Below, piece after piece: positions 11,196 to 20,761 of a DNA stretch of 64,000 nucleotides. The DNA lies in NCBI GenBank assembly GCA_963844055.1, contig CAWJMN010000002.1, positions 2,181,586 to 2,245,585 of the forward strand, given 5' to 3'. The DNA is from an uncultured Planctomycetaceae bacterium (lineage in GTDB: Bacteria > Planctomycetota > Planctomycetia > Pirellulales > Pirellulaceae). How positions within the stretch are numbered: the stretch's first letter is position 1; each line of letters begins with the position of its first letter. Below the pieces are notes generated by a model. The model made no database searches and was not told the origin of the DNA. It saw only the letters and a list, made by a program, of their open reading frames with translations. The translations under genes and the position numbers were made by a program.

Positions 11196-12193
11196 TTCGA
11201 GCGGAATAGCTCGTGGCATTCGGTGCAGGCTTTGCCGATGACGGTGCCGGCCGAGCTGGCTGCGTCGAAGTTCTTTACCTTGCAAGCCTCGACAATGTCG
11301 CGCGAGGCTTTTTCGAGCGTCTTGCAAAAGGCCTTGTACTCGGCAGAGTCGGCGTCTTCCATCCCTTCCTTGGCGATGGCAGCGGCAATCGCTGCAAAGA
11401 CTTCTGCCTCGCGCGAGATCTTCTCGACATTGGCGGTGAACTGCCCCTTGTCGTTCAGGGAAGGTTTGAGGCTTGGCTCAAAGACATCTTCCAGATACTG
11501 CATCAAAGGTCCACGATCACAAACGGCCGCCCAGCTGGCCTTGGCGTCGGCCTCTTTGCCGCTGAACGGGTCACTACCGCCAACGAGGTCGGCCAGTTCG
11601 GTCTTGCGAAGCTTCGCTTCGGCAAAGACTTGGTCGGTACCCACCTTGGCATTGGCGGCCGTGCGTGAAAACGTGTCGCGGGCGGCAGCGGCCGACTTCT
11701 TCCAGCGCACATCCCCTTCGTACTCTCCCGCGATGGCAAACAGCATGGCCAGCATCGAGAAGTCGCGGCGGATGACGCGGTAGCCTTTTCCTTTGAAGTC
11801 GCTGGGGGTTGTGATGGCGCCATCGACCTTTAGTTTGATCGCCTTGATTTCATCTTCGATCGTTTGGGCCGAGATCACCGCCGACCAACCCGTTCCAGCA
11901 GCACCACCAGCGCTAGCGGCCGGCGTGTTGCCCCCTGTAGGTGCGCCGGTCGTGGCGGCTACGCTCTTGCCAAGGTCGGCCGGACGTTCGCCAACGAGTG
12001 CTTCTTTGAAGGCATCGGCAAAGAAGACGTCGGGCTCTGCAGCGAGCTTGGGAAGTTGCACGCGGCGAATCTTCTTGGGCCCTTTGGTTTGTGCCCAGAC
12101 GGCCGAGTTGCCAACATACATCCCGAAGATGCAGGTCACCCCGAGGATTGCTACCAGCAGGGCGGTCAACTTTGCAAATCGCTTGCGAGACAT
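11192..12193 (-). CDS. membrane-anchored protein with C-terminal CxxCH (class II cytochrome c / cytochrome c'-like four-helix domain)
   Basis: It has an N-terminal TM segment and an Ala/Gly/Thr-rich linker. The helical C-terminal ~150 aa end in ...GKACTECHELFRSN, the position typical of class II c-type cytochromes. Confidence 0.45.
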   Translation of the reverse strand: MSRKRFAKLTALLVAILGVTCIFGMYVGNSAVWAQTKGPKKIRRVQLPKLAAEPDVFFADAFKEALVGERPADLGKSVAATTGAPTGGNTPAASAGGAAGTGWSAVISAQTIEDEIKAIKLKVDGAITTPSDFKGKGYRVIRRDFSMLAMLFAIAGEYEGDVRWKKSAAAARDTFSRTAANAKVGTDQVFAEAKLRKTELADLVGGSDPFSGKEADAKASWAAVCDRGPLMQYLEDVFEPSLKPSLNDKGQFTANVEKISREAEVFAAIAAAIAKEGMEDADSAEYKAFCKTLEKASRDIVEACKVKNFDAASSAGTVIGKACTECHELFRSN

Positions 12194-12911
12194 TGCGTAA
12201 ACCCTTCGCAGGGCACCTTGGAGAGCTATCGAAAAACGACTGACCAGATTATCTACGGAAACTTGTCATGCATTCTTCGTAGGGTGGGTCGAGCCGCAGG
12301 CAATGACTCTCCATGTTTGAACGGCCAAAGGGGATTGGTCGTCCTACACTTTTCGAGAAGTTCGCATGATCGTTTTGTTCAGGCCCAACTAGCCTTCGGC
12401 GCTGGTGGGTCATCGCGGCGTTGCCGCTCGACGCCACCCTACAAAGGCACGAAACGGAATCGCTGGGAGGCACTACTTCAGTATGGCTTTTTACGGGGGC
12501 TCATGCAATTGGCATTTTTCCTCTACAAAACGGCAGGGGTGGCACGTACCTGGAGACGCAGGCAAAGGTCGTGGCCTTAGAGGTTCCGCCAAAACTTCTT
12601 CAAGCCGCCGGCATTGGCGCTTTTCCCGGAACGATGGTTTTCGCCTGGAATTTGGAATAAAACTGACGGCCTTGTCTGGTGATCGACGAACGGGGAGTCT
12701 AACCTTGCCGTTTACCGGGTAGCACAGAAGCTTGGTGGCGGCTGGGCAAATGCGAGGGCGTTTGTAAGCCTTCAACGGCGAAGGTGGCCGGGCCGGCGAA
12801 CCTAGGCCAACTTAGGGAACTCACAAGTTTAGTACTAGCAAAGTCTTCGACGAAACGAAACCGATTCAAAAACGGCTCGACCTTGGGCCTTGGCTGGAAT
12901 TAGAGCAAAGC

Positions 12912-14121
12912 ATGGAATGGACGGAAGCGCAAACCAAAATTGGCAAGCGGTTCAACCTTGCCATCGAAGAAAACAAGACGAAAGTAGTTCGCGAGCTAGT
13001 GCAGAAGCACTCCTGGCTCGTTCGGGATTACGAATGGAATAATCGTTCTACCTGGATGCGAACTGTAGGGCTCGTTGGTCATGTGGCGATGGCGGAAACG
13101 CTGTTGGACCTGGGTTTCAATATTGATGCCTTGAGTCTGCCAGAAAAATCTTCTGCCTTGTCTCTCGCTATTGCCTTTAAGCATTGGGATTTAGTTTGTT
13201 TTCTATTGGCAAAAGGGGCTAACCCTAACCTGGGGCGGGCGATGGTGTCGGCGATCAATTGCGAGGTTCCCGCCAAGCGTTTAGAACTGGTGATGTTGCT
13301 GGTAAAACATGGCGCCGACGTCAACCAGGTATATGACTTCATGGGTGACAAAGACACGGTATTCACAGTTCTAGATTGGACTGAAAAAAGTTCCGATGTC
13401 TACGCCTATCTGAAATCGGTGGGGGCCAAGCCCGCTTTCGAACTCAGAGGGAGTTCGAAAGATGTCGCAGCAACCGCTCCTGCCAAAAAAACGGCCGTCA
13501 AAAAGCGAGTTGGCGTTCCGACTGGGGAGCGGGAGGTGATCGACTATTTTCGTAAGGCCTTTGGGCCGGTCGATAAGAAAATTGTTAGCGAGGTGATTCC
13601 GACGGGGATTTCAGTAACGATCCATAGGATCAAGCCTTCCAAGGGGCGTCCGCACCTCACCTTATTTACAACCGGACTTTCGCAAGTCGCCATGCAGGTG
13701 CCTGCCGGCCAAGAGGAATATGCGCTGGCCGAGCTTTTCATTCAGCTACCCTACGACTGGAATGATGAGCAGCTTGGCAATCCAAAATGGAATTGGCCTT
13801 GGAAGTGGTTGCAAAAGGTGTCGCAGTATCCGCAGCAGAACCAGACTTGGCTGGGGGGGGCCGCTCACGATTGTGGCCAACGAAGAACCGCCCCGGCCGC
13901 TGGCCCCTCATACGAAGATGACGTCGCTGTTGCTTCTGGCCGAGAAGTCGTTCCAGCGAAAGGATGGCAAGGTGGTTCAGCTTTATCGGATGCTTCCACT
14001 ATTCACAGAAGAGCGAGCGCTCGAACAGCGTGAAGGTGCCCTTGCTTTGATGCAGGCCCTTGACCGGAACAAGGTCCCCTTTGTTGTCGACATGGCCCGC
14101 AAGAGCATCGCCAAAAAGTAG
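12912..14121 (+). CDS. ankyrin-repeat + SUFU-like (immunity-type) protein; frameshift in a G8 homopolymer at ~13849-13857
   Basis: The N-terminus has ankyrin-like repeats (LAKGANPN..., LVKHGADVNQ). A SUFU-like segment (HLTLFTTGLS...ELFIQLPYDWN...WNWPWKWL) continues after the poly-G in ORF 13720..14121 (WGGPLTIVANEEP...LYRMLPLFTEERALEQ...). Confidence 0.55.
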
Positions 14122-14123
14122 GC

Positions 14124-14156
14124 CGCCATGTGCTGGGGCGGCACGTTTTTGATCCG
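14124..14156 (+). terminator. candidate intrinsic terminator
   Basis: GCCGCC-ATGTGCTGG-GGCGGC hairpin followed by ACGTTTTTGA. Confidence 0.4.
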
Positions 14157-14163
14157 GCTTGGC

Positions 14164-14197
14164 CGGAAGAAATCGGCCGCGGGGTGAGGTAGGATAG
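14164..14197 (+). promoter_or_regulatory. conserved 34-nt upstream motif (copy 1) CGGAAGAAATCGGCCGCGGGGTGAGGTAGGATAG
   Basis: It lies about 45 nt upstream of paralog 1 and is near-identical to 18953..18986, which sits upstream of paralog 2. Confidence 0.5.
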
Positions 14198-14239
14198 TGA
14201 CAGTCATCGTTGGCAGTAGTTTGGCGGCGGGTTCTTATC

Positions 14240-15619
14240 ATGTCCAAATCAATTCGCCGACTACGCAATGTAATTGTTGTTATGGTGATGTGCTGGACTG
14301 CCGTCGCCGTGTTTGCCGCGAGGCGTTTCTATGTAGATCTGCGGGATAGCAAGCGGGTTACGGCCAAGATTGATACGCTCCGCGCTACTAGCCTTCCCGT
14401 CGATAATGCAACGATGGATAAGTGGTATCGTGATCATACCGATCCGGACCACATGGAAGCGTGGCTAAAAGTTCTTGAGACCCTTAGCTCTCGAACTTTT
14501 CGTGCACAATCCCGAGGCGTAGAAGGGTTTGATCGCAATGCCCGGGGCAATGCACGAACGGCCCATCAATGGCCAGGAGAGGCTGCTGCTCGAAAGTTGC
14601 TCGCGGAGACGACAGAATTGCGAGAAGAAATCCGACGCCTTGCCCAAACGCGAGTGCCGGTCCGATTTCCGATTGAGTTTCAATCGACGCGTACCAACCG
14701 AGGGCATATCCAGCCGCTAAGACAGGCTTCTCGATTGATTGCGCTGGAACTTAGTGCGGCCATCGCGGACAAAAATTCTGCGCAGATCGTTGCTGCTGTG
14801 CAAACCTTGCTTGATCTGGCAGTGGTTCTTCGTCGAGAGTATTTCAACGTCCAACAACTTTCGAATATCGCGATTCGAGATTTGGCCTTTCATGCCTTAA
14901 AAGAGTCGCTGGAGCGCGACCTGCTCGCATCAAAAGAACTAGAACTTCTCTCGCAGAGTTTGCCGCAAGAGCCAGTGCCGTTTGATTATCTTCAAGAGAT
15001 CGTCCAGGCTGAACGTGCGTTGCTGCTTCCCTTGTTCATAGAGCCGACAAGGCATTCTGAATCGAAGTTGAAAGAAGTTGTTTCTGGGGGAAAGCCCGTG
15101 ACCGGTAAGGCCGCGCCTCAAGATGTGCTGCATTTTTTAGAGCAGATGGAAAAGTATGAATCCCTAGATGGCATTTCGATGACGGATGCGCTGGCACGGC
15201 AAAGTCGATTTGAACAGCAGATGATGAAAGACATCCTAGCGACTGGCAAGGTGAGCCTTCGCGAGTGGCAAATGACAAAACAAGTGTTTCCTGCTTGGGG
15301 CTCTGTCCTCACGACCTTGTGCCACGATCGCCAGCGATTGAACATGGTTTTGCACGGCATAGCGATTCGGCGTTATCAGGATCAGTTTGGCAAATTCCCC
15401 CAGGACTTGGCCGCACTGAAAGACATTGGATTTAACGCCGATGACTATTTGCCCGTCGGGGGCAAACCCATGGGATACAAAATCGATGGGACCGATGTGA
15501 TTTTATGGTCCAATCGCCCCGCCGTAGGCGAGCAAACGTCCCCTCAGCCTCCCATCATCGGCCCAGCAGGCACCGGCGATTTCCGACAGGACCAACTGCT
15601 GTGGAAAATGGTCCCCTAA
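14240..15619 (+). CDS. hypothetical membrane-anchored protein, paralog 1 of a triplicated family
   Basis: Start chosen at MSKSIRRLRNV to match paralog 3. It has an N-terminal signal-anchor TM and a conserved C-terminus (HGIAIRRYQDQFGKFPQDLAALKDIGF...LWS...WKMVP). Confidence 0.6.
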   Translation: MSKSIRRLRNVIVVMVMCWTAVAVFAARRFYVDLRDSKRVTAKIDTLRATSLPVDNATMDKWYRDHTDPDHMEAWLKVLETLSSRTFRAQSRGVEGFDRNARGNARTAHQWPGEAAARKLLAETTELREEIRRLAQTRVPVRFPIEFQSTRTNRGHIQPLRQASRLIALELSAAIADKNSAQIVAAVQTLLDLAVVLRREYFNVQQLSNIAIRDLAFHALKESLERDLLASKELELLSQSLPQEPVPFDYLQEIVQAERALLLPLFIEPTRHSESKLKEVVSGGKPVTGKAAPQDVLHFLEQMEKYESLDGISMTDALARQSRFEQQMMKDILATGKVSLREWQMTKQVFPAWGSVLTTLCHDRQRLNMVLHGIAIRRYQDQFGKFPQDLAALKDIGFNADDYLPVGGKPMGYKIDGTDVILWSNRPAVGEQTSPQPPIIGPAGTGDFRQDQLLWKMVP

Positions 15620-15713
15620 TGTGGCCGCAGGGTGATGTTGGGATGCGTTGGCGGGAATTGGCAAGACGCCATTTACGTGCCTGCAAGCCGAGAGGTCGTT
15701 ACAGCGAAAAGTT

Positions 15714-15812
15714 GGCAAGGTGGTTCCACTTTGTCGGATGCTTCCACGATTCACAGAAGAGCGAGCGCTCGAACTGTTTGAAGGCTTGCCAAACGGGGGT
15801 GCTGTGTTTTGA
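15714..15812 (+). pseudogene. decayed fragment of a SUFU-like C-terminus (GKVVPLCRMLPRFTEERALELFEGL...)
   Basis: It is nucleotide-similar to 13961..14040 of the ankyrin-SUFU gene but has no start codon, so it reads as a truncated remnant. Confidence 0.5.
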
Positions 15813-16155
15813 CCTAAGAGGGGCCTGTCTCAAGGTCCTCATCCATTTTCCTTTTTGACGAAAAGAGGAAGGGGGTGCATTTTTTACATAAGGTGCCCTT
15901 TTGAGTGCTGTTGGCACAAATACACCGGGGGAATCCACAGTAAATAGACACTAACTCCTAATAGTCAGGCCGTCCTGCCGCCGCCAAATTTGATGGTACC
16001 AGTCGACCTACTTGTCTTGCGTACGTACCACCCGCAGAATACGTACTTTCCAGCATGTTCTCATGCTAAATCGATCGAGATTCTTGGATCATTCACTTTG
16101 ACGAATGCCCCTCCCTTTCTCCAAGATGATCCACGTTAACGAAGAGGGAATGTAG

Positions 16156-18821
16156 ATGGCGCTTTCAAGCGAGCAATTCCTGAATCAGATTGTCGCCAGC
16201 GGACTGCTGACTCAGGAAGAGGTTACGGCATTGTTAGGCACTTTGTCGCCTGAACGGCAACCCAAAGATGCCGAGCAGCTCAGCTCGCGAACTTGTTCGG
16301 CAGAAGAAGCTGACCAAGTATCAGGCCGAGCAGATTTATGCGGGCAAAGGCAAGACGCTGATTCTTGGCAACTATGTGGTGCTCGACAAGCTTGGCCAAG
16401 GCGGCATGGGAGTGGTGCTGAAGGCGGAGCACAAGCGGCTCAAGCGTCTGGTTGCTTTGAAGGTGATGTCTCCCAATCTGGTGAAGACACCGGATGCCTT
16501 GAAGCGGTTTCATCGTGAGGTCGAAGCGGCCGCCAAGTTACGTCATCCGAATGTCGTCGCAACGGACGACGCCGATGAAGCCAAGGGGACACACTTTCTG
16601 GTGATGGAGTATGTGCAAGGCAGTGACCTTTCGGAGCTCGTGAAAAAGAATGGTCCATTTACGGTGTCGCAGGCCGTGCAATGTATCCTGCAAGCGGCAC
16701 GCGGACTGGAGTACGCCCACAAACAGTCTGTGGTCCATCGCGACATCAAGCCAGCCAATTTGTTGCTTGATATTTCGGGTACCGTAAAGATTCTCGATAT
16801 GGGGCTGGCGCGAATCGAAGGGGATACGGGCAACCAGAGCGGACTGACCAGCACTGGCGCCGTGATGGGAACGGTGGATTATATGGCTCCCGAACAGGCT
16901 ATGAGTACGAAGCATGCCGATGCGCAGTGATATTTACAGCTTGGGGATTTCCTTATGGTATTTACTCACCGGTAGATGTGCCTACGACGGAGATACATTG
17001 ATGTCGAAACTACTGGCGCATCGCGATGCGCCCATTCCGTCGCTCGCTTCACTGGATCGTAAAATCCCGGCTGCGCTGGATAGCGTGTTTCGTAAGATGG
17101 TGGCGAAAAACGCCAGTGAGCGGTACCAGACGATGGCAGAGGTGATTCGCGACCTGGAGAGCTGTTCTGGCGGCTCCAGTTCGCCTTCCGAGGCAGGGGC
17201 GACAAGCGACCTGGAAAAGTTCAGCCAGTTTTCGCTTCATAGACAGCCCGCAGGTTCGCCATCTCCCATGACGGCAACGCAAACGATCTCGGCGCCAAGG
17301 GAGCAGACCAAGGCAAACACTCCGTTAGAAGCGACGTTGGTGGTCGCCAATGCTGCGATGGATACAAATCCGCAGACCGTCGCTTTGCTCCGCCCACAGG
17401 AGCGGTTGCCGACGGTTGGGCAATCGCCAGTTGCTGGTAAAACCACAGCGCCGCCATGGTATCGCAGTCCACTGGTGCTGCTTGCCGGAGGTGGTGCGGC
17501 AGCGCTGATCCTGTTGATGGTGGTGTTCCTGATGAAAACTCCGCATGGAACCTTGCGTGTGGAGATTCTCGATCCCAAAGTCGAGATGAAAGTAAAAGGT
17601 ACCGAAATCACGTTTCACTCGACGGACATCGAAGCGGTTTCGCTAGTTACGGGCGAAAAGAAACTAATCGTTAACCGGGGAGATCTCTCCTTTGAAACGG
17701 AGACCTTTGCGCTAAAGAAGGGAGCAGAGACCCTCGTCAAAGTAGAGCTGATTGGTGACCAACTTGTAGTGAATAGCGACGGCAAAGTGATTGCCGAGAA
17801 ACCGATCCCGCATCCACTCGCAAACAATGCACCGAAGGATATGACGAAGGAAACGATTCCTGTCGTGGCGACTCCGGTCGCAAGGCCTCCTGTGTCCAAG
17901 GATGGAATTCCGAATGCGGCGGTTGAACCGTTTGACACGGAACAGGCTCACGCCTATCAGGAAGCATGGGCGAAGTACCTTCAAGTGCCGGTTGAATTTA
18001 CAAACTCGGTAGGGATGAAGTTCATACTTGTCCCACCGGGAGAGTTTACGATGGGTGCTTCTGAGGCGGAAACAGATCGGATCGATATTTCAAACGACGA
18101 CGAGGAAATTCGAAAAATTGTGCGGCAAAAATTTGCTGAGTCTTCTCCACCACATCGGGTGAAAATCACGCGGCCGTTTTACATGCAGACACATGAAGTG
18201 AACAACGGTGTCTACCAGAAGCTGCTGGGAAAACTTCCTGAGGAAAACGACCCTGCGAGGCCCGAGATGCCAGTGATGGCAAACGTGTCCCTTAATGACG
18301 CCGTCTCGTTTTGCGATGCACTCAGCAAGCTGGAAGGTAAGACTCCTGCGTATCAACTGGTCCGTAATAAGCCAAAGCGGAATCTCGATGCGAATGGATA
18401 TCGATTGCCAACCGAAGCCGAATGGGAATATGCTTGTCGAGCTGGCACGACGACCCTTTGGCATTTCAAAACGGAACCCATGGTTCCGAAAAATCTTTTG
18501 GCGCTGAAAGAGTATCAGACAATTTGGAGTAAGGAAAATACACGCCCCAACCCCTTCGGCATCTATGACCAATATGCATCAAGTAGCGAATGGTGTTTCG
18601 ACCGTTTCCAGCCGTATTCCGATAAGACCGAAGTCGATCCATTCACTCCGCCCGATGAAGGTTACGCAGTCGTACGCGGGGGGAGTTTTTTTTCCAACGG
18701 CGGAGCAGACGCAGGAGACAACAACAGCTTCATTCGCATGGCCGGTATTGCAAGCCGATACACGGGCCTGGGGCGTGTCGTTCTCCCCCTTGAGATCAAG
18801 CAAGAGACCCCCAAGCCGTAA
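16156..18821 (+). CDS. Ser/Thr protein kinase fused to a formylglycine-generating-enzyme (SUMF1/FGE-sulfatase) domain; two apparent frameshifts (~16285-16295 and ~16920-16925)
   Basis: Kinase motifs [32 protein letters not shown] and APEQ are present. The frame breaks before subdomain I and at ...[16 protein letters not shown] segment follows, then an FGE domain ([20 protein letters not shown]...[20 protein letters not shown]). Confidence 0.7.
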
Positions 18822-18952
18822 CTGTCTCACTTGAGGCAACAACCTGTCGAATTGACCAGCCATTCAAAACGTTGACTTGTAGCGGCATCGTTAGGCGATG
18901 GGAGAATGAAGGGGCCACCGCGACCTAGTAAACCTGAGTTCTCTCACTCTTC

Positions 18953-18986
18953 TCGGAAGAAATCGGCCGCTGGGTGAGGTAGGATA
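18953..18986 (+). promoter_or_regulatory. conserved 34-nt upstream motif (copy 2)
   Basis: CGGAAGAAATCGGCCGCTGGGTGAGGTAGGATAG lies upstream of paralog 2 and differs by one nucleotide from 14164..14197. Confidence 0.5.
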
Positions 18987-19028
18987 GGCTCCTGGGACTT
19001 GGCAAGTCGTGGGGCAAGGGATTCGTAC

Positions 19029-20405
19029 ATGTCTACAACATTTCACCGCATGCTTATCGGCATTGTGGTTATGGTCGTCATTGGCTTTTTGCTGTGGGGA
19101 ATATTCCTTACGGCGTTTGCCGCATGGTATGCCTATGCAGATCGCGGGCGTCCGGAGGTCACCGCAAAACTGGATGCGCTCCGGGCGTCGGGCGTGCCCG
19201 TGGATAATGAATCGCTGGATGCTTGGTATCGAGAGCGTACCGATCCGGCCGACGCCCGAGCTTGGCAGGTGGTCTTTGCCAAGCTTCAATCGCCAGAGTT
19301 CAAATCGCTTACCCTAGGAATTGAAGGATTTGATCCACGAGCCAAAGACACCAAGCGAACCGCCGACAAATGGCCCGCAGAGGATGCCAGTCGTAGGCTT
19401 CTGGCAGGAACTACTGAGCTGCGCAAGGAGATTCATCGCCTAGCCAGCAAACAGGTGGCGGTGCAATTTCCGATTCAGTTTGATTCCATTCGTACCCAAC
19501 CAGATTATTTGCCGTTCATTCGAAACGCGTCGCGTTTGATTCAATTGGAGTCTGATGCAGCAATCCAAGATCAGAACTCACCCGAGATTGTCGCTTCCGC
19601 CAAAACGCAGATTGATCTGGCGATGGTTGTCAGCGGTGATGGTTCACTGATTGCACAATTGTATGCGAACGCCCTGCGAGGAACGGGGTTTAGGGCGCTG
19701 AAAGAAGCCTTAGAACGAGACTTGATCGATGCCGCCGATCTAGAAAGCTTAGCGACACAATTGTCGCAGCCTCAATTTTCAAGTACTCGATTTCGCGACG
19801 CAATACGATGCGAGAGAGCATCTGGCCTTCCCGCGTTTTTTGCCCCCGGCAAATACCTGAGCGACGGTGCCAGCGAGATACCAAAAAACTATCAGGCCGC
19901 GGCGCAAGACCTTTTGCACTATTTAGATTACATGGAGCGGCTAGAGACGCTTGAACAATTGCCCATGGCGGAGGCGATCGAGAAGGCGAAGCAAATCGAG
20001 TCCGATTTAAAAACCCGACGCGAGCAAGCTGGGATGTTGGGAACGCGTGAATGGATGCTGACGTGGCTGCTTGTGCCTACAACGGGTACGACCTTCTATT
20101 CCTTCTGCCGTGATCGCCAGGACTTTAACATGGTCATGCACGGCATTGCGATCCGTCGCTACCAAGACCAGTTGGGTGAATTTCCCCGCGATCTTTCGGC
20201 GCTGAATGACATTGGGTTTGATACCTTTGACTACATGCCGGTGGGCAAGCGTCCGATGGGCTATCGCCGTGACGGTGATGAAACCATCCTCTGGTCTACG
20301 CCTCCCTCGCTTGGATTGGAAACCACGCTTGAGCCTCTCACTCTCGAACCTAACGACCGGAATTATGACCTGATTCAGTCGATGATTTGGAAGTTTACTC
20401 CGTAG
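19029..20405 (+). CDS. hypothetical membrane-anchored protein, paralog 2
   Basis: Internal Met MSTTFHRMLIGIVVMVV starts the TM anchor. The C-terminus (MHGIAIRRYQDQLGEFPRDLSALNDIGF...) is conserved with paralogs 1 and 3. Confidence 0.6.
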   Translation: MSTTFHRMLIGIVVMVVIGFLLWGIFLTAFAAWYAYADRGRPEVTAKLDALRASGVPVDNESLDAWYRERTDPADARAWQVVFAKLQSPEFKSLTLGIEGFDPRAKDTKRTADKWPAEDASRRLLAGTTELRKEIHRLASKQVAVQFPIQFDSIRTQPDYLPFIRNASRLIQLESDAAIQDQNSPEIVASAKTQIDLAMVVSGDGSLIAQLYANALRGTGFRALKEALERDLIDAADLESLATQLSQPQFSSTRFRDAIRCERASGLPAFFAPGKYLSDGASEIPKNYQAAAQDLLHYLDYMERLETLEQLPMAEAIEKAKQIESDLKTRREQAGMLGTREWMLTWLLVPTTGTTFYSFCRDRQDFNMVMHGIAIRRYQDQLGEFPRDLSALNDIGFDTFDYMPVGKRPMGYRRDGDETILWSTPPSLGLETTLEPLTLEPNDRNYDLIQSMIWKFTP

Positions 20406-20460
20406 GCCAGGATTCATCCTGGCAAATTCTGCGGCTATGCCAGCAGGAAACAACAAGTTC

Positions 20461-20497
20461 GGCCATGGAAGGTCAATCGCTAGACGGGCGGCGCGAT
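20461..20497 (+). repeat. conserved 37-nt downstream motif (copy 1) GGCCATGGAAGGTCAATCGCTAGACGGGCGGCGCGAT
   Basis: It lies ~55 nt after the paralog 2 stop. A second copy at 22212..22249 lies after paralog 3. Confidence 0.5.
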
Positions 20498-20761
20498 TTG
20501 TAGTCCTTCGCGAACGGAATGTAAAACAGCGGCGAACCACGAAAAAGCGCGAAAGACACGAAAAAGCAATGCAGAGGTTCTTGTTTCGCGGATAGATCAG
20601 AAACAAGGTCATGCATCGCCAAGCACGAAACGGCTCTCTCCCTATTTATGTCTTTCGAGCTTGCAACTTCCGCCTACTCGTCACAGACTTAATGGTTCAC
20701 AGCGTCATAAGGCGAGATTGTCTTACAAGTTACAGCATCGGTTTGACGGCGGGGGCTTGTA

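Noticed and set aside
20007-20612. 201-aa ORF on the minus strand
   Set aside because: It is antisense to the conserved 3' end of paralog 2 and the conserved downstream motif. It is Arg-rich low complexity, typical of spurious ORFs in GC-rich DNA.
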